Position numbers and translations under genes: made by a program. Source: Monocercomonoides exilis PA203 (lineage: Eukaryota; Protista; Preaxostyla). From it: a stretch of DNA of 64,000 nucleotides. Under the pieces are notes generated by a model. It did no database searches. It was not told where the DNA came from and was given only the letters and a program-made list of their open reading frames with translations. The DNA lies in assembly GCA_001643675.2 (NCBI GenBank), contig LSRY02000028.1:434001-498000 (forward strand), written 5' to 3'. The first letter of the stretch is position 1. Every line of letters begins with the position of its first letter. Shown in pieces: positions 36,301 to 47,571 of this stretch.

Positions 36301-39300
36301 TTGATTGCGGGTGTTGCCATCAGGTTGCTGCTGTTCACTTGGAAGGAGACAGACAGTGGGTCGGAGCAGTGCGCTAAATCAGTTGAACTGGAGGAGGTAT
36401 GGAGGGAGGGTAGTAGATAGATAGGAAGGAATGGAAGAAAAAAAAAACAATGTGAGGAAAAAATTGTTATCAAAAGAATGTAAAGTTGATGGAAATAGAT
36501 TGTATAAAGAATAAATGGATTCAAAAAAAAAAATTATTTGAATTAGCCAAAGGAAAAAAATATATATATAATATAAAAACATATTTTAGCATACGTATGA
36601 AACGGAACGATTGGATGGAACAGATCTGCATCACTAACATGAGTCAACCCAATTTCTGTCCAGCATTCCGGAAGAGTGAAAAATCTGAATGTGAAATACG
36701 GTTTTGTTGGCAAAGTGGCCAGAAAAGTGCCTGGCGACGAAAGGCAGCTTCTTTCAAATCCCAAAAAGGCAATGCGAAACTCGCTGCAGAGTCCGTCCAT
36801 CCTCTCCGAGATGCGTTTTGAGAGCTGCGTCTGCTTCTGCAGCGGAAGCGGCGCAGACTCGCTTTTGTTGAGCTCGCTCGATGAGTCGTTGATCGAAGAG
36901 TAGTCAAATGGAAGCATCGGCTGCTGCGGTGGCGGAGGAGGAAGGATCATTTCTTGTGCTTCGAGTGGCTGAGGAGGCGGCGTTGATGGAACTTTCGGCG
37001 GAAGCGGAGGGCGCCCCGACAGCGCATTTGGGGGAGTGATTGGCTTCGGTGCGAGTTTTGCTTTGTTGAATGGAGGGAAGAGATAAACAGGGAGTTGAGA
37101 GTAAGCTTCTTGTGTCGGCAGCATCAGGCGGAAGTGGATGCGCGGGAGAGGGTCAGCCAGCGAGACAGCAGCAGGAATGTCGACAGGGCCGTTGCCGAGT
37201 GCTGGTGGAACTGTGTATGGATGGTAAATGTCGTAGGGAAAGATGGACTCGTGGTGCGGAAGAGGAGGCCCACGCGCAGAAGACTGGGGCTGCTGTGATG
37301 CATTTGGGATAGACCCAGGAAGCGCATTCTTGTAAAGAGTGGATGTTGAAATGAGGAGCTTGTCGTCAGACGAAGACATCGCTTTGCCCTTTGTTGCCTT
37401 CATTTGTGCCTGTGCTGCCTTCGAAATGTCTGGATTGGTCAAAAGGAAGCCCCGTGTTGGATCCAGCACAAACGACCCGTCCATCCCTCCCAGGAAAAGA
37501 GAGAGGATCGAGTCACGCCGCAGCTCAAGCTTTGTATCCAGAACTTTTCTTTGCGTAATCCTTTTGGCTTCTGCTGCTTTTTCGCTCAGAACAAGATCCG
37601 GGCATGTCATCATCACCCTCTTCTTCCATCTACTCAGCGTTTGCTGCCTCATCCGATGTGCCGTTCGGATGACATTCTCCTCTTTGTTCTCTCCTTTTCC
37701 CGCTCTTCCTTTCGCTTTCGGCTTTGGACTTCTTCTGTCTGCACGCGTGCTCCCTCTCCTTTTTGTGCCTCTCTCTTTTCCTTTCAGCAGCGGGCTTCCT
37801 GTTGCATCCAGCTGCTCTTCATTCTCAGCGCTGCCTATTTGACTGCCAGCCATGTTCGTTGCCCCAAACTCTCCGTCGTTGACTTCCTCTCCCTTTCCAT
37901 CAACAACAACCGTTGAAAATCCGTCTTCCGTCTGCCCTTCCTCTTCGCTGAAGCTGCCGCTGCTGTTGCTGGTCGATCCGAAAGGCTGCGGCGTCATCGG
38001 TCCAACAGACATGCTTGCTCCGCGCATGCCAGAATAATCTGGCTTCGGTGTCTGATAGCGGAGTCCATCACTTGAACGCTCTTCCTCTGCGTCTTCTTCG
38101 ATGTCTTCTTCTTCTTCCTCTTCCTCGTCCCCTTCTTCCTCGTCGCTCTCTTCTTCCTCATTCTCCTCTTCTTCTCTTTCGATTTCTTCTGGCCTGTATT
38201 TCCACTGGAACGGATGGTACTCTGCCCACCCAACGCAGATGCTCCTTGTCACAGACGCCGGGATTGGTACCTTTGGCGTGGGTGTCTTCTTGCTCTTCGT
38301 CTCTTCTTCCTCTGAAATGGGGATGGTGACTGTGTAATACACCTCCATCACCAGCGTCAAGCTCGGGTGCGGAATCACCCCGCTGATTGTGATGGTCCCG
38401 GGCTTCTTCACGGTGTATCGGTCGAACTGGTTTCTCTGCGTGCCTTTGGCGATGACAGACACCCCGTTCTGCAGCAGCTCTTCGACTGCTCGCTCGCCTA
38501 CGACAGTCAGCCCGTTGTGCATTGTGATCCTCAATTCACGCGACTCGATCTTAACAGTTTGCGTATCTTTAATTGAAATGAAGGGGGAAAAAAATAGAAA
38601 ATGAATGATAAATGAAAATTCAGAGATAGCAATTAAGAAGAAAACGCAGATCAAGAATGCAAAGAAAAAATAAGTGATGAGATAAATTTTAAATTTATAA
38701 AAATAAAAATGTTAAAAAAAAACCGTTCAGATGGCACTGCTCCCATTGTCTCCTCCAATTCGCCATCGCTTTCAGATTTTCGTCAAATCCCTTTTTCGCC
38801 AGGAATGCGACATTTGCCAGTCTGAATGTGATTGTCTCCTGTTTCAACGGCCGCAGCAGAGCCGACCCAAACAGCCACGGCGAATGGAGGGCCATTGCGC
38901 GTGTCGTGAAGTACCCGCGGCACAACCGCCACCGCTGCGCCTGGCAAAGCAGGAGCCGCTGCCTCTTCTCCATCCACCTCTCGTGAGACAGGTCATCTAC
39001 ACTCATTTGGAGATAGTCGCTGAGCTTCCACCCGACGCCATCTATCCACAGCGTTTTGCCGATTTTTGGCACAATTTCGGGTGCAACAAGCTCCTCCAGC
39101 TCTCCTTCCTCCTCTTCTTCGTCTTCGTCTTCATTCTCACCATCGTATTCATCTCCATCATAATTGTCATTTTCATCTTCATTTTCACTTTCTTCATACT
39201 CAGAATCTGCTTTCAGATCATTTGCCCCTTCTGCTCCATCGTAGTCTTCCGTTCGTTCCATCTTTCCTTTCATCCTTTTTGAAGCTTTGGAATTCCTTTG

Positions 39301-40590
39301 TTGTTTTTCTTTTCTTTTCTTTGCAGCATTTTTCTTTCTTTTCCGTTGAAAAGCTTCCCAAAACTTCTCCCTCTCTTCTTCCTCCTCCTCAAACAACCCT
39401 TCACGCAGCATCTTCCGAATGGCCTCTGCTCTTTCCCTCGCTTCCCTGCTCATCGCCCATGGCTTCTTTTGTGCTGCGCCTTTCTTCCCTCCTCGCGACA
39501 AGGTGTTCCCTGCCATTATTGCCTTTGCAGCTGCTTTGAAACGCCGCTTTTTTGGACTGCGATTGGCAGAAGACGACGAACGAGACGGGGTCTGCCCCTT
39601 CGACGATGGCTTTGGCGAAGAAGAAAACGATGTGCTGCGGGTAGAAGAAGACAAAGAAGGTTGAGGTGATGAAGAATTCGAAGGACGCAGAAGAGGAGAG
39701 CCACGAATGGTTTGCTGATCGGATGAAGACGATTGATCAAGCGTTGATGAAAAAGGAAGCTGATATGATTTCTCAAGTTCTTTTGGATCTGTTGTTAACT
39801 GCTTTAAAAGCAATTTTCCTTCTTCTTTGAATGACTGTTGCAATATGAATTGGATATGAGGTGAAATCAACCCTATTCGTTTTTGAATTAAAAAATTGCA
39901 AGAATATTTTCTTTGTTATTATTCACAAACCTGGAATCGATGCGCTTCCCTTTCTTTCGTCAAAAAAGTAATTGAGTGGAATAATGGTTTTTAAACTTGT
40001 TAGCTTATCATGACGGAAAAAACTATGTACAACAGTACTTTCTGGTAGTTGAGCGACGTCTAAAACATTGATAATTGCAAATCTCAATTTGCATTTTACA
40101 AATGCACAAATAATTGCATACTGAGTTGCGTTATGTCTGATAAAAATAACGAAATCCTTGGGGTTCCGCAAAACAACTATATATGAACAATGAATAAAAT
40201 TTTCGAATAACCATTCTTTTTGAAATAAACGCTTTAAACATACTTCTTTTTGTTGGAGGGTTTTATAAAAATTACTTGTTGCATATCTATTGATATCAAT
40301 AAGATCATTATAAGGAGGAATATGCATGAAACACCATCCAAGCCCAACTTCCTTTTGAATTTGATTGTATTTGTCAAGTGCTTTTCGAAATTTATGAATT
40401 TGCATAAAGGCTATTGAAAATGAACAATCAGACCAACAAATACAATTTCTAATAGCAGATATACAATGGAATCTGCATCAATTAGAAAAAAGACTAAATT
40501 CTTTGTTTTACAAGAATAAATTCCGGTTTCTTCTATTTCAGTTTCACAGGGAGAACTTTCATAAGTATCGCTTATGACTTGTTTTTTCAT
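33397..40590 (-). CDS. NPHP4: Nephrocystin-4-like transition-zone protein, multi-exon (5' end uncertain)
   Basis: YFTFRFFTLPE..TE, EYLSSRNLLIDIFD.....FGSVSLPL, IYPSFARPVFIQIPFFNP, VDRTFRFFQPE, LFNDEW...LFEIWEV and C-terminal Ig-like domains. Confidence 0.8.
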
Positions 40591-40904
40591 AACATCAAAT
40601 AAAGTTAGATGATATTTATAAAAACATAAATCATTTTCAACGTCATCGCGCTATAATAAATGTTATCTTTCAATAAATTAAAATAATAATTTTCAAACCA
40701 ACTGTGGAGGCTCAAGTATACGATTTAATGAATCGATATACAAAGCAATTCCATTCATTTGAATTTTTTAAAATTATTAATATGGAAAGGATCATGTTAT
40801 TTGATTCACAAAAACAATTTTAGAAAATTAATAATCAATCGATATAAATTGAAACAAATGTTATTTTCTCTACGCCTAATACGAAGTGTGCTTAAATAAA
40901 AAGC

Positions 40905-42003
40905 TCAATGGGATGTGGGAAAGAAGGATGGAACTTGATCTCCTTTGAAAAGCTCTCTAACCACTGGTTTTCCTGGTTGCAGAATGCAAAGTCTGATGCA
41001 TCCTCCACTTGAGTTGTCTCGGAACATGGCCAGTGAGCAAGCTATAAATTATTTTTTTTTTGATAAATTTGCACCAAACCATGAATAAATTAAAAAAAAA
41101 AGTTTTTCCAAACCTTTCACAGCAAGATCTTTGCATTCTTCAAGCGACATCCCAGACTTGAAGTGCTTATCTAAAAAGGTCAGAACATATGTACTACCAC
41201 TCCCTGTATAAAAGACACAAAAAGAATAAATGAATGAATAAATTAATAAAATCATCAGTAAAATGATGTGTCAGAATAAGAAATACCGCTTGCTGCATAA
41301 TGCTCAGCTTCAATGAGGGCTCCTCCAAGGGGAATTGAGTATATGTGTGCTTCGTCTCCGTCCAGTCCAGCGCAAAGAAAAGCGGCTGTTAAAAAATTCA
41401 GAATGAAAAATTAAAAATGGTCAAAAAAACAAGAGTTTGTATCGAAAAGGCAGTAAATGTTAATATTTCGGAAAAAAGAAGTTCCAACCGCTTAGCACTT
41501 TTTTGTTTGTATAGCATAGATCTCTGAGCACGCAAGCAGCAGTTTTCACAGAAGGGCGTCTGCCAAGCTCCATGCTGCAAAAGCAATTTGTTCATTCAGC
41601 CAAACACACATCGGAAAAATAACATCATGCATCACAGAAAAATATCATAAATCACAATCTATAAAATCAAAAAAAACCTGTTGAATGTGAGAGAATAATT
41701 GGCATAAGCTGTCACAGTTTGTGTGTCGGCGGACGACCCCGATCGGCACACATATATGTCTTCAAACACTGGAGTGATTTTGTCTGACATTCTGTTCGCT
41801 ATGAACGATCCCAACGATGTGCGAGAATCTGCTGCGAGGAGAAGACCACCAGCAAATTTCAAAGCCATGATTGTTGTCTGGCCAAAACATAAAAAAGGAT
41901 TGAAAACAGGGGTGGAATTAATGGAGCGAATAAAACAAGCACATTCAACAAAGCATACGCCAGTCGAAACAGGACCCTCATAATCGTTCCCTTCAAAATC
42001 CAT
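40905..42003 (-). CDS. PSMB6: 20S proteasome subunit beta1
   Basis: Propeptide VSTG|TTIMA, LAADSRTS.G..IANR..DKIT, CRSGSSADTQ, GSGSTY and AMFRDNSSGGCIR, across about 5 introns. Confidence 0.93.
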
Positions 42004-42085
42004 TCTTTTTTTGATTAATATTACCTTAATTTTATTCATCTCATTTTTCTTTTTTAAGCTTTTTTCATTCCATCAAAATAATACC

Positions 42086-44331
42086 ATGAATCCACTATTG
42101 CTTTGCTTTTTATTTGGGGTTAAAGCTGAATTTGATAGAATTGATACACATAGTTTGTTGTATTTACTGAAAACTTGATTTATCAAATTATGATAAAATT
42201 TTTAGGTTCTCATATTAATTCAATTCAACCATTCGAGCCGTTATTCCAAATAGTTAATTCGTCAATTCTTTTAAATGCGTTGACGCTGAGAATGGTGGAG
42301 AACAATGCAAGTATTGTGCTGAGGAACAACGCCATTCTTTTTGTGGATTCTTCGAGATTATCGTTTCATCATCTGACTATTGAGCCCATTGAAATATTCC
42401 ATGGAAGCGTTTCCCTAAACAATCTCACTATCAGTCAAAGCAGCTACTTTCAACAACCAAGTCTTGTGAAAAGTTATAATCTTTTCACTTCAATGAGTTG
42501 TTCAAATACTTTTCTATCGCATGTTTCCTGTTCAAATCGCGGAAGCCTCTTTTCGAACGGGCTAATGGCAAACTTGATTTTATATGAGACTCATATCTCA
42601 AATTTTTCAAGAAAAATTATTGAAGAAAACGATACTGATTTGTGTTTATCGATCTTTACAACAATGTTCTCTTGTTCATTTTCTCGAAGCGATGATGCAA
42701 TTTATAGCGGAATAACGCCAGGCATTTGCTCTTCTGCTTCTGCAAGTATCATCAACACAACAACTTCTCAATGCGATCGCACTTCGTCATTCAGCAATGG
42801 AAGGGCTCATGTCACAATAAGTGAAAGGGCAACTCTTTTTGAAAACAGTGACTTTTTTGATTATGAAGCACATGGGAAAGGCACTGAAGGGATGGGTGGG
42901 GCTATTGTGCTTCTTGCAGGGATGAAATCGTCAGTGACAGTGAAGGGATGCAGATTTGAAAGATGCAATGCAGACGACAGCGGAGGAGCTATTTGGCTGA
43001 ATGGCGTTCAAATGGTATCGATTGAGTGCTGCACATTTTCTGATTGCAAAGCCAAAGGCGGGATTGGAGGATCTGTGCTCCTTTGGAACTTAGTTGAGCA
43101 ATCTTCCATTCAGAAGTGTGCGTTTAAATCATCTTTCGCTAAAGGGAAAGGCGGAGCACTGGAGCTTGATTGTGATGAAGGCGGATTACAAGTGGTTAGT
43201 GTTGTGTTTGACGAGTGCTGCAGCAAAGAAGAGAAAGGCGGAGGGGCAGATTTAAACTTGCCTTCGGATAGGACGGCGCTGAAAGAATGCTTCTTCCGCA
43301 AATGCAACGCTGCGGGAGGTGGCGGAGGCATTCGTGTGTCATTTGCCTTTAATAATCCGTGCTTGATGGCAAACTGCTATTTTGTTGAGTGCAGCGGTGC
43401 TGAGAAGGGGCACGACATGTATGTGATGGACTGGCAAAAGATTGTATCGTCAGTTGCGAGCACTGTCAGAGAGAGCAAATCGACAACGAAAGAGAAAAAT
43501 GTGTTTTTGGCGAATGAGAATAGATTTGAGGAGCATGTGCTTGGTTTTGTGGAGAGTGTGGTTATTCCTGATGTCGTTGCGCCGCTGTCTCCAGAAGAGT
43601 TGGAAAAACGAAGACAAGAAGAGGAAGAAAGGAAAAAGAAAGAGGAAGAGGAGAAGAGGAAGAAGGAAGAGGAAGAAAAGAAGAAGAAAGAAGAGGAGGA
43701 AAGAAAGAGAAAAGAAGAGGAAGAGAAGAAGAAAAGAGAAGAAGAAGAGAAGAAAAGGAAAGAAGAAGAAGAGAAGAAGAAAAAGGAAGAAGAAGAAAAG
43801 AAAAGAAAAGAAGAAGAGGAAAAGCAGAGAATAAAAGAAGAAGAAGAGTTGCGAGAAAAGAAAAAGAAAGAAGAAATGGAGAAAGAAAGGCGCGAGAAGG
43901 AAGAGAAGAAGAGGAAGGACGCTGAGGAAGCGCAAGACAAAAGCAGCAGCATGTTGCGTCTGCCGGCAATCATATTCTTTGCTGTTATTATTGTTGGTAT
44001 CTGCATTGGATTGATTGTCACTATACGAAAGTGCACAAAGCAGAAAGGAGCAAAGCCAAGAGCTGCAAGAAGCACTGAAGAAGAAGGGAAAAGCATGCTT
44101 GGAGCAGAAGATGGCGATGAGAAAGATGACATCGTGCCTTTGTCGAGCTCGGCCTCAGGCGAATTGGCTGATGACCCTCCTCCCATCTTTCGTGTTGACG
44201 AGAATGCATACAAGCAAAGCGAGGATTTGTTTGAAAAAGAAGCAAGTGAAATAGTTCTCGAAGGATTTAAGCAGCAACAGCAGCAACAAGTTCAACAGAT
44301 GGATCAAACAAAATCGGACTTATTGGAGTAA
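42086..44331 (+). CDS. Type I membrane protein: signal peptide, right-handed beta-helix (GGA.../F..C repeats), E/K/R-rich stalk, TM, acidic tail
   Basis: ATG 42086 with a hydrophobic leader and an intron to about 42205. Repeated GGAI/CxFxxC motifs, (EEEKKRK)n at about 43603-43920, and TM IIFFAVIIVGICIGLIVTI. Confidence 0.8.
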
Positions 44332-44564
44332 TATTATTTTATTAATGTTTAATTTTTAAATATTATTTTTTGGAAATTAGATTTAATAATTTCGTGAAGC
44401 TCATTTTTTGTCTTAAAAATGGGGTTTTCAAGCTGTTGCTTAATTTCTAAGTTCATCCATAATTTTGTCAAAGTGTTTCACATATTGGAGTTGTGAAATT
44501 GAAGATGAATATTAATAATTCAATATATGGGTTATCGATCAACAAGAGATCATTCACCAAAAAC

Positions 44565-45270
44565 ATGGGTGCTTACTCTTACATCCAAGGTATGAGATAT
44601 TTATTTAATGCTGGAAATTGCATATAATTATTAATCTTTTTTGTGGAATTTGTAAATTTGATCCTGCTGACTGAATGCAGAATTGTGGAGAAAGAAACAA
44701 AGCGATGTTATGCGCTTCTTGTTCCGTGTTCGCGCATGGGAATACCGTCAACTCCCTGTATGCCACCGCATCACTCGCCCAACTAGAGCTGACAAAGCAC
44801 GCAAGTTGGGATACAAGGCAAAGCAGGGATTTTTGCTTTATCGAATTCGTGTTCGCCGTGGAAGCCGCAAGCGTCCGGTCAAGAAGGGTATCACATACCA
44901 CAAGCCCAAGTGGCATGGTGTGCATCAGCTGACTTTTGCACGCAACATGCGCTCGACCGCCGAGGGACGTGTTGGAAAGAGATGCCCGAATCTTCGTGTG
45001 CTGAACTCATACTGGGTTGCCCAAGACGGTATCTTCAAGTGGTACGAAGTCATCCTTGTTGATCCAAGCCACAACGCAATTCGCAATGATCCAAGATATC
45101 GCTGGGTTGCCAACCCTGTCCACAAGCACAGAGAGCTCCACGGACTGACAAGCGCTGGCCGCCACTTCCGTGGATTGATGTCAAAGGGATACGGCTTGAG
45201 AAAGCTGCGCCCGTCCCGTCGTGCTTCATGGAAACGCAGAAATACCGTCAACCTCCATCGTTACAGATAG
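44565..45270 (+). CDS. RPL15: 60S ribosomal protein L15
   Basis: MGAYSYIQ|[24 protein letters not shown]...LRVLNSYWV...YEVILVDP. Confidence 0.98.
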
Positions 45271-45538
45271 GAATCTTGCTGATCATCGTGTTGTGTTCTG
45301 TGTGTTTCTTTTTTGTGATGATCCATTTTTCCTCGCAAATCTGAAACATATCGCACAACATGAAAACTTATCACTTTCTCTAATATTTGTCTCATTGAGT
45401 TAAGCTTTGTTTCACAAAATTAATGAAGAATTATTTCGGTTCTTTTCAAAAAAAAAATAATGAACGAATGTGACAAGAAACAAAAACGAAAAAGGTTGAA
45501 GCGTGAAGTGTGTGGTGTGTTTAAAAATTGTCGGTTGC

Positions 45539-46047
45539 TTATTTTTTGACAGATGGATCTTGCACACAAATGATTGTGTGTTCTTTTACTGAAAAATCAA
45601 AAAGAAAATCCACAACACCAACAATGAGATTATTTGAAAAACAGAAAAAATCGCAAACCAGGCGCAATCATCATCTCAACTTTTCTTGTCCTCACTCGCA
45701 TGAATTTTAAATCGTCCTGATCCCCGTTGAATTGCATGTTGATGTATAATTCGATGAAAAAATACGAAACATAAAAAAATTAATCAAACCAATGGATCCA
45801 AATCTCGAATTGAACTTCTTGCTTGCGAAGCTAGGAGCGTGCAGTAATTTGCATAGTTATCCTTTCCGCTCATCACAGGGCTATCTTCACTCGACGCAAG
45901 GCATCGAGTTCCTTTTCCATCTCCATGTGTCACTATCAGCCCCAGCACCCCAGGATGCTGATTTATTCGTTGCAGCGTGCTTTCCACTTCGCTCATTGAT
46001 GACGTGGAGCTCGATGCGATTTGTCCAGGTGGAGGTGGGATTGACAT
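45539..46047 (-). CDS. DYNLRB: Dynein light chain roadblock/LC7 (3 exons)
   Basis: MSEVESTLQRINQHPGVLGLIV...ARSSIRDLDP|DDLKFMRVRTRKVEMMIAP|...IICVQDP. Confidence 0.92.
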
Positions 46048-46247
46048 TGTTTTGTTGTTTGGAAAAAAGCAAACAGTTATTGGTGGATTATGGATGTGAT
46101 CAAAAGAGTATTTAAAATTTCAATAACAAAAAATTAGAAAATGAGTGTCATCCTTGAGATGCATTTTTGAAGTGAAATATGAAATACGTATGTGAAGATG
46201 CGAATTTCGTTCAACGAAGAAAAAAAGAAATGAGTGCATTGCGAGTT

Positions 46248-47242
46248 TTATTTCGCACAAACACAAAATACAAGGACAGCTAAAGGTGCTGCATTTGCAG
46301 GAACAATCTTAGAAATGGTTGACTGAGAAGAGGAAGAGGATGAAGAACCCATAGAACCATACATCGGAAGCGAGTTCAGGCACCGAGAAGAATGTGTAAA
46401 TTGCCGAACAAACAGCAGCTTGGCCAAAAACGGATCTTGAACCCTGTCTTCTAAACTTGCTATAAACAATGGAATTGCGTGTGTTATTTTGTTCGTTTTT
46501 GCTTTGGGCTTGAAATTGTCAAGCTTATATGCGGACTTGCTCCATTCCAAAAGAGGATCTTCACACAAAAAATTATAGCCAAACATTTTTTTATAAAATA
46601 ATGCAAAATAAAACAAATTATACAAACCTTGTGTGTTTTGATGGATCACCTCAAACCAGAAACGGCTGATTGACGCATTTTGCAAGACGCTTTTCACAGG
46701 ATACAGAAATGTGTTGTAAATTGTTTGTGGGTGTCCAGCAATCATAGGCTCGGTTATTTCTGGTGTTAATGAAAGAAGTGTAAGGGTAGAGCTTGAGAGA
46801 GGAAAGAAGTATCTGAAAGGCACAATTTCAACTTGCTCTGGAAACTTCTCTAAAAAATCATATAAAACATTGCATTCAGCAAGATATGCAAGCGTTATTA
46901 TAAACTTTATTTTTCACAACAAATTTTTATTCGCATCACCAAACCTTTCAAAAGATCAAAAGCACGCTCAGCAACTGTTCGAATAGGTGCAGAAACAAGA
47001 CGAGGCGTGTAAATGTGAGGAAGCTTCAATATTGCATCTCCTGAAACATCTGTCTCATCACTTGAAGACTGCTCATTTTTGGTGTTTGAAGATGCTGAAT
47101 TGGCAGTCGAAGAAGCTTTATGTGATTTCTTGTTTTTCCTGTGTTTCTGTTGAATTTTGCCCATAACCCACTGAAATCCATAAACTCCTAACGCACCAAT
47201 CAAAGTACCAGTCAATGGTACAACATATTTATGCGCTTCCAT
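46248..47242 (-). CDS. Hypothetical protein with an N-terminal membrane anchor (about 3 exons)
   Basis: ATG 47242, hydrophobic VVPLTGTLIGALGVYGFQW followed by a basic patch. Exons join through gtttg...ag introns. No family recognised. Confidence 0.55.
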
Positions 47243-47571
47243 AAATAAAAAGATTATAAAAAATTCTCTCAATAAAAAATAAATAATGGTAAAGATTTTT
47301 ATTTTGTGTAAAAAATCAAGCTGCAACATTACTTGTTTTGGGAGAAAGGAGCTTATGTTAAGGGCTCTGTAGCTTGCCAAATGAAATGAAAACTGTGGAG
47401 TGGAAAAAATTGAAATAAAGAAAAAAAAGACAATAAAATAAAAAAGTGTATTGTCCGAATTACAAAGAACACAGAGGTTGTTGTGGTCAAAACAAGCAAA
47501 AAAAATTCTAAAGGAAAAAATATTATAAAAAATGAAATAGTGGGAAGAGTTCACTCGTAGTGAGTCAAAGA

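Noticed and set aside
43377-44213. Poly-Phe/Ser/Leu minus-strand ORFs
   Set aside because: Reverse complement of the GAA/AAG-rich stalk.
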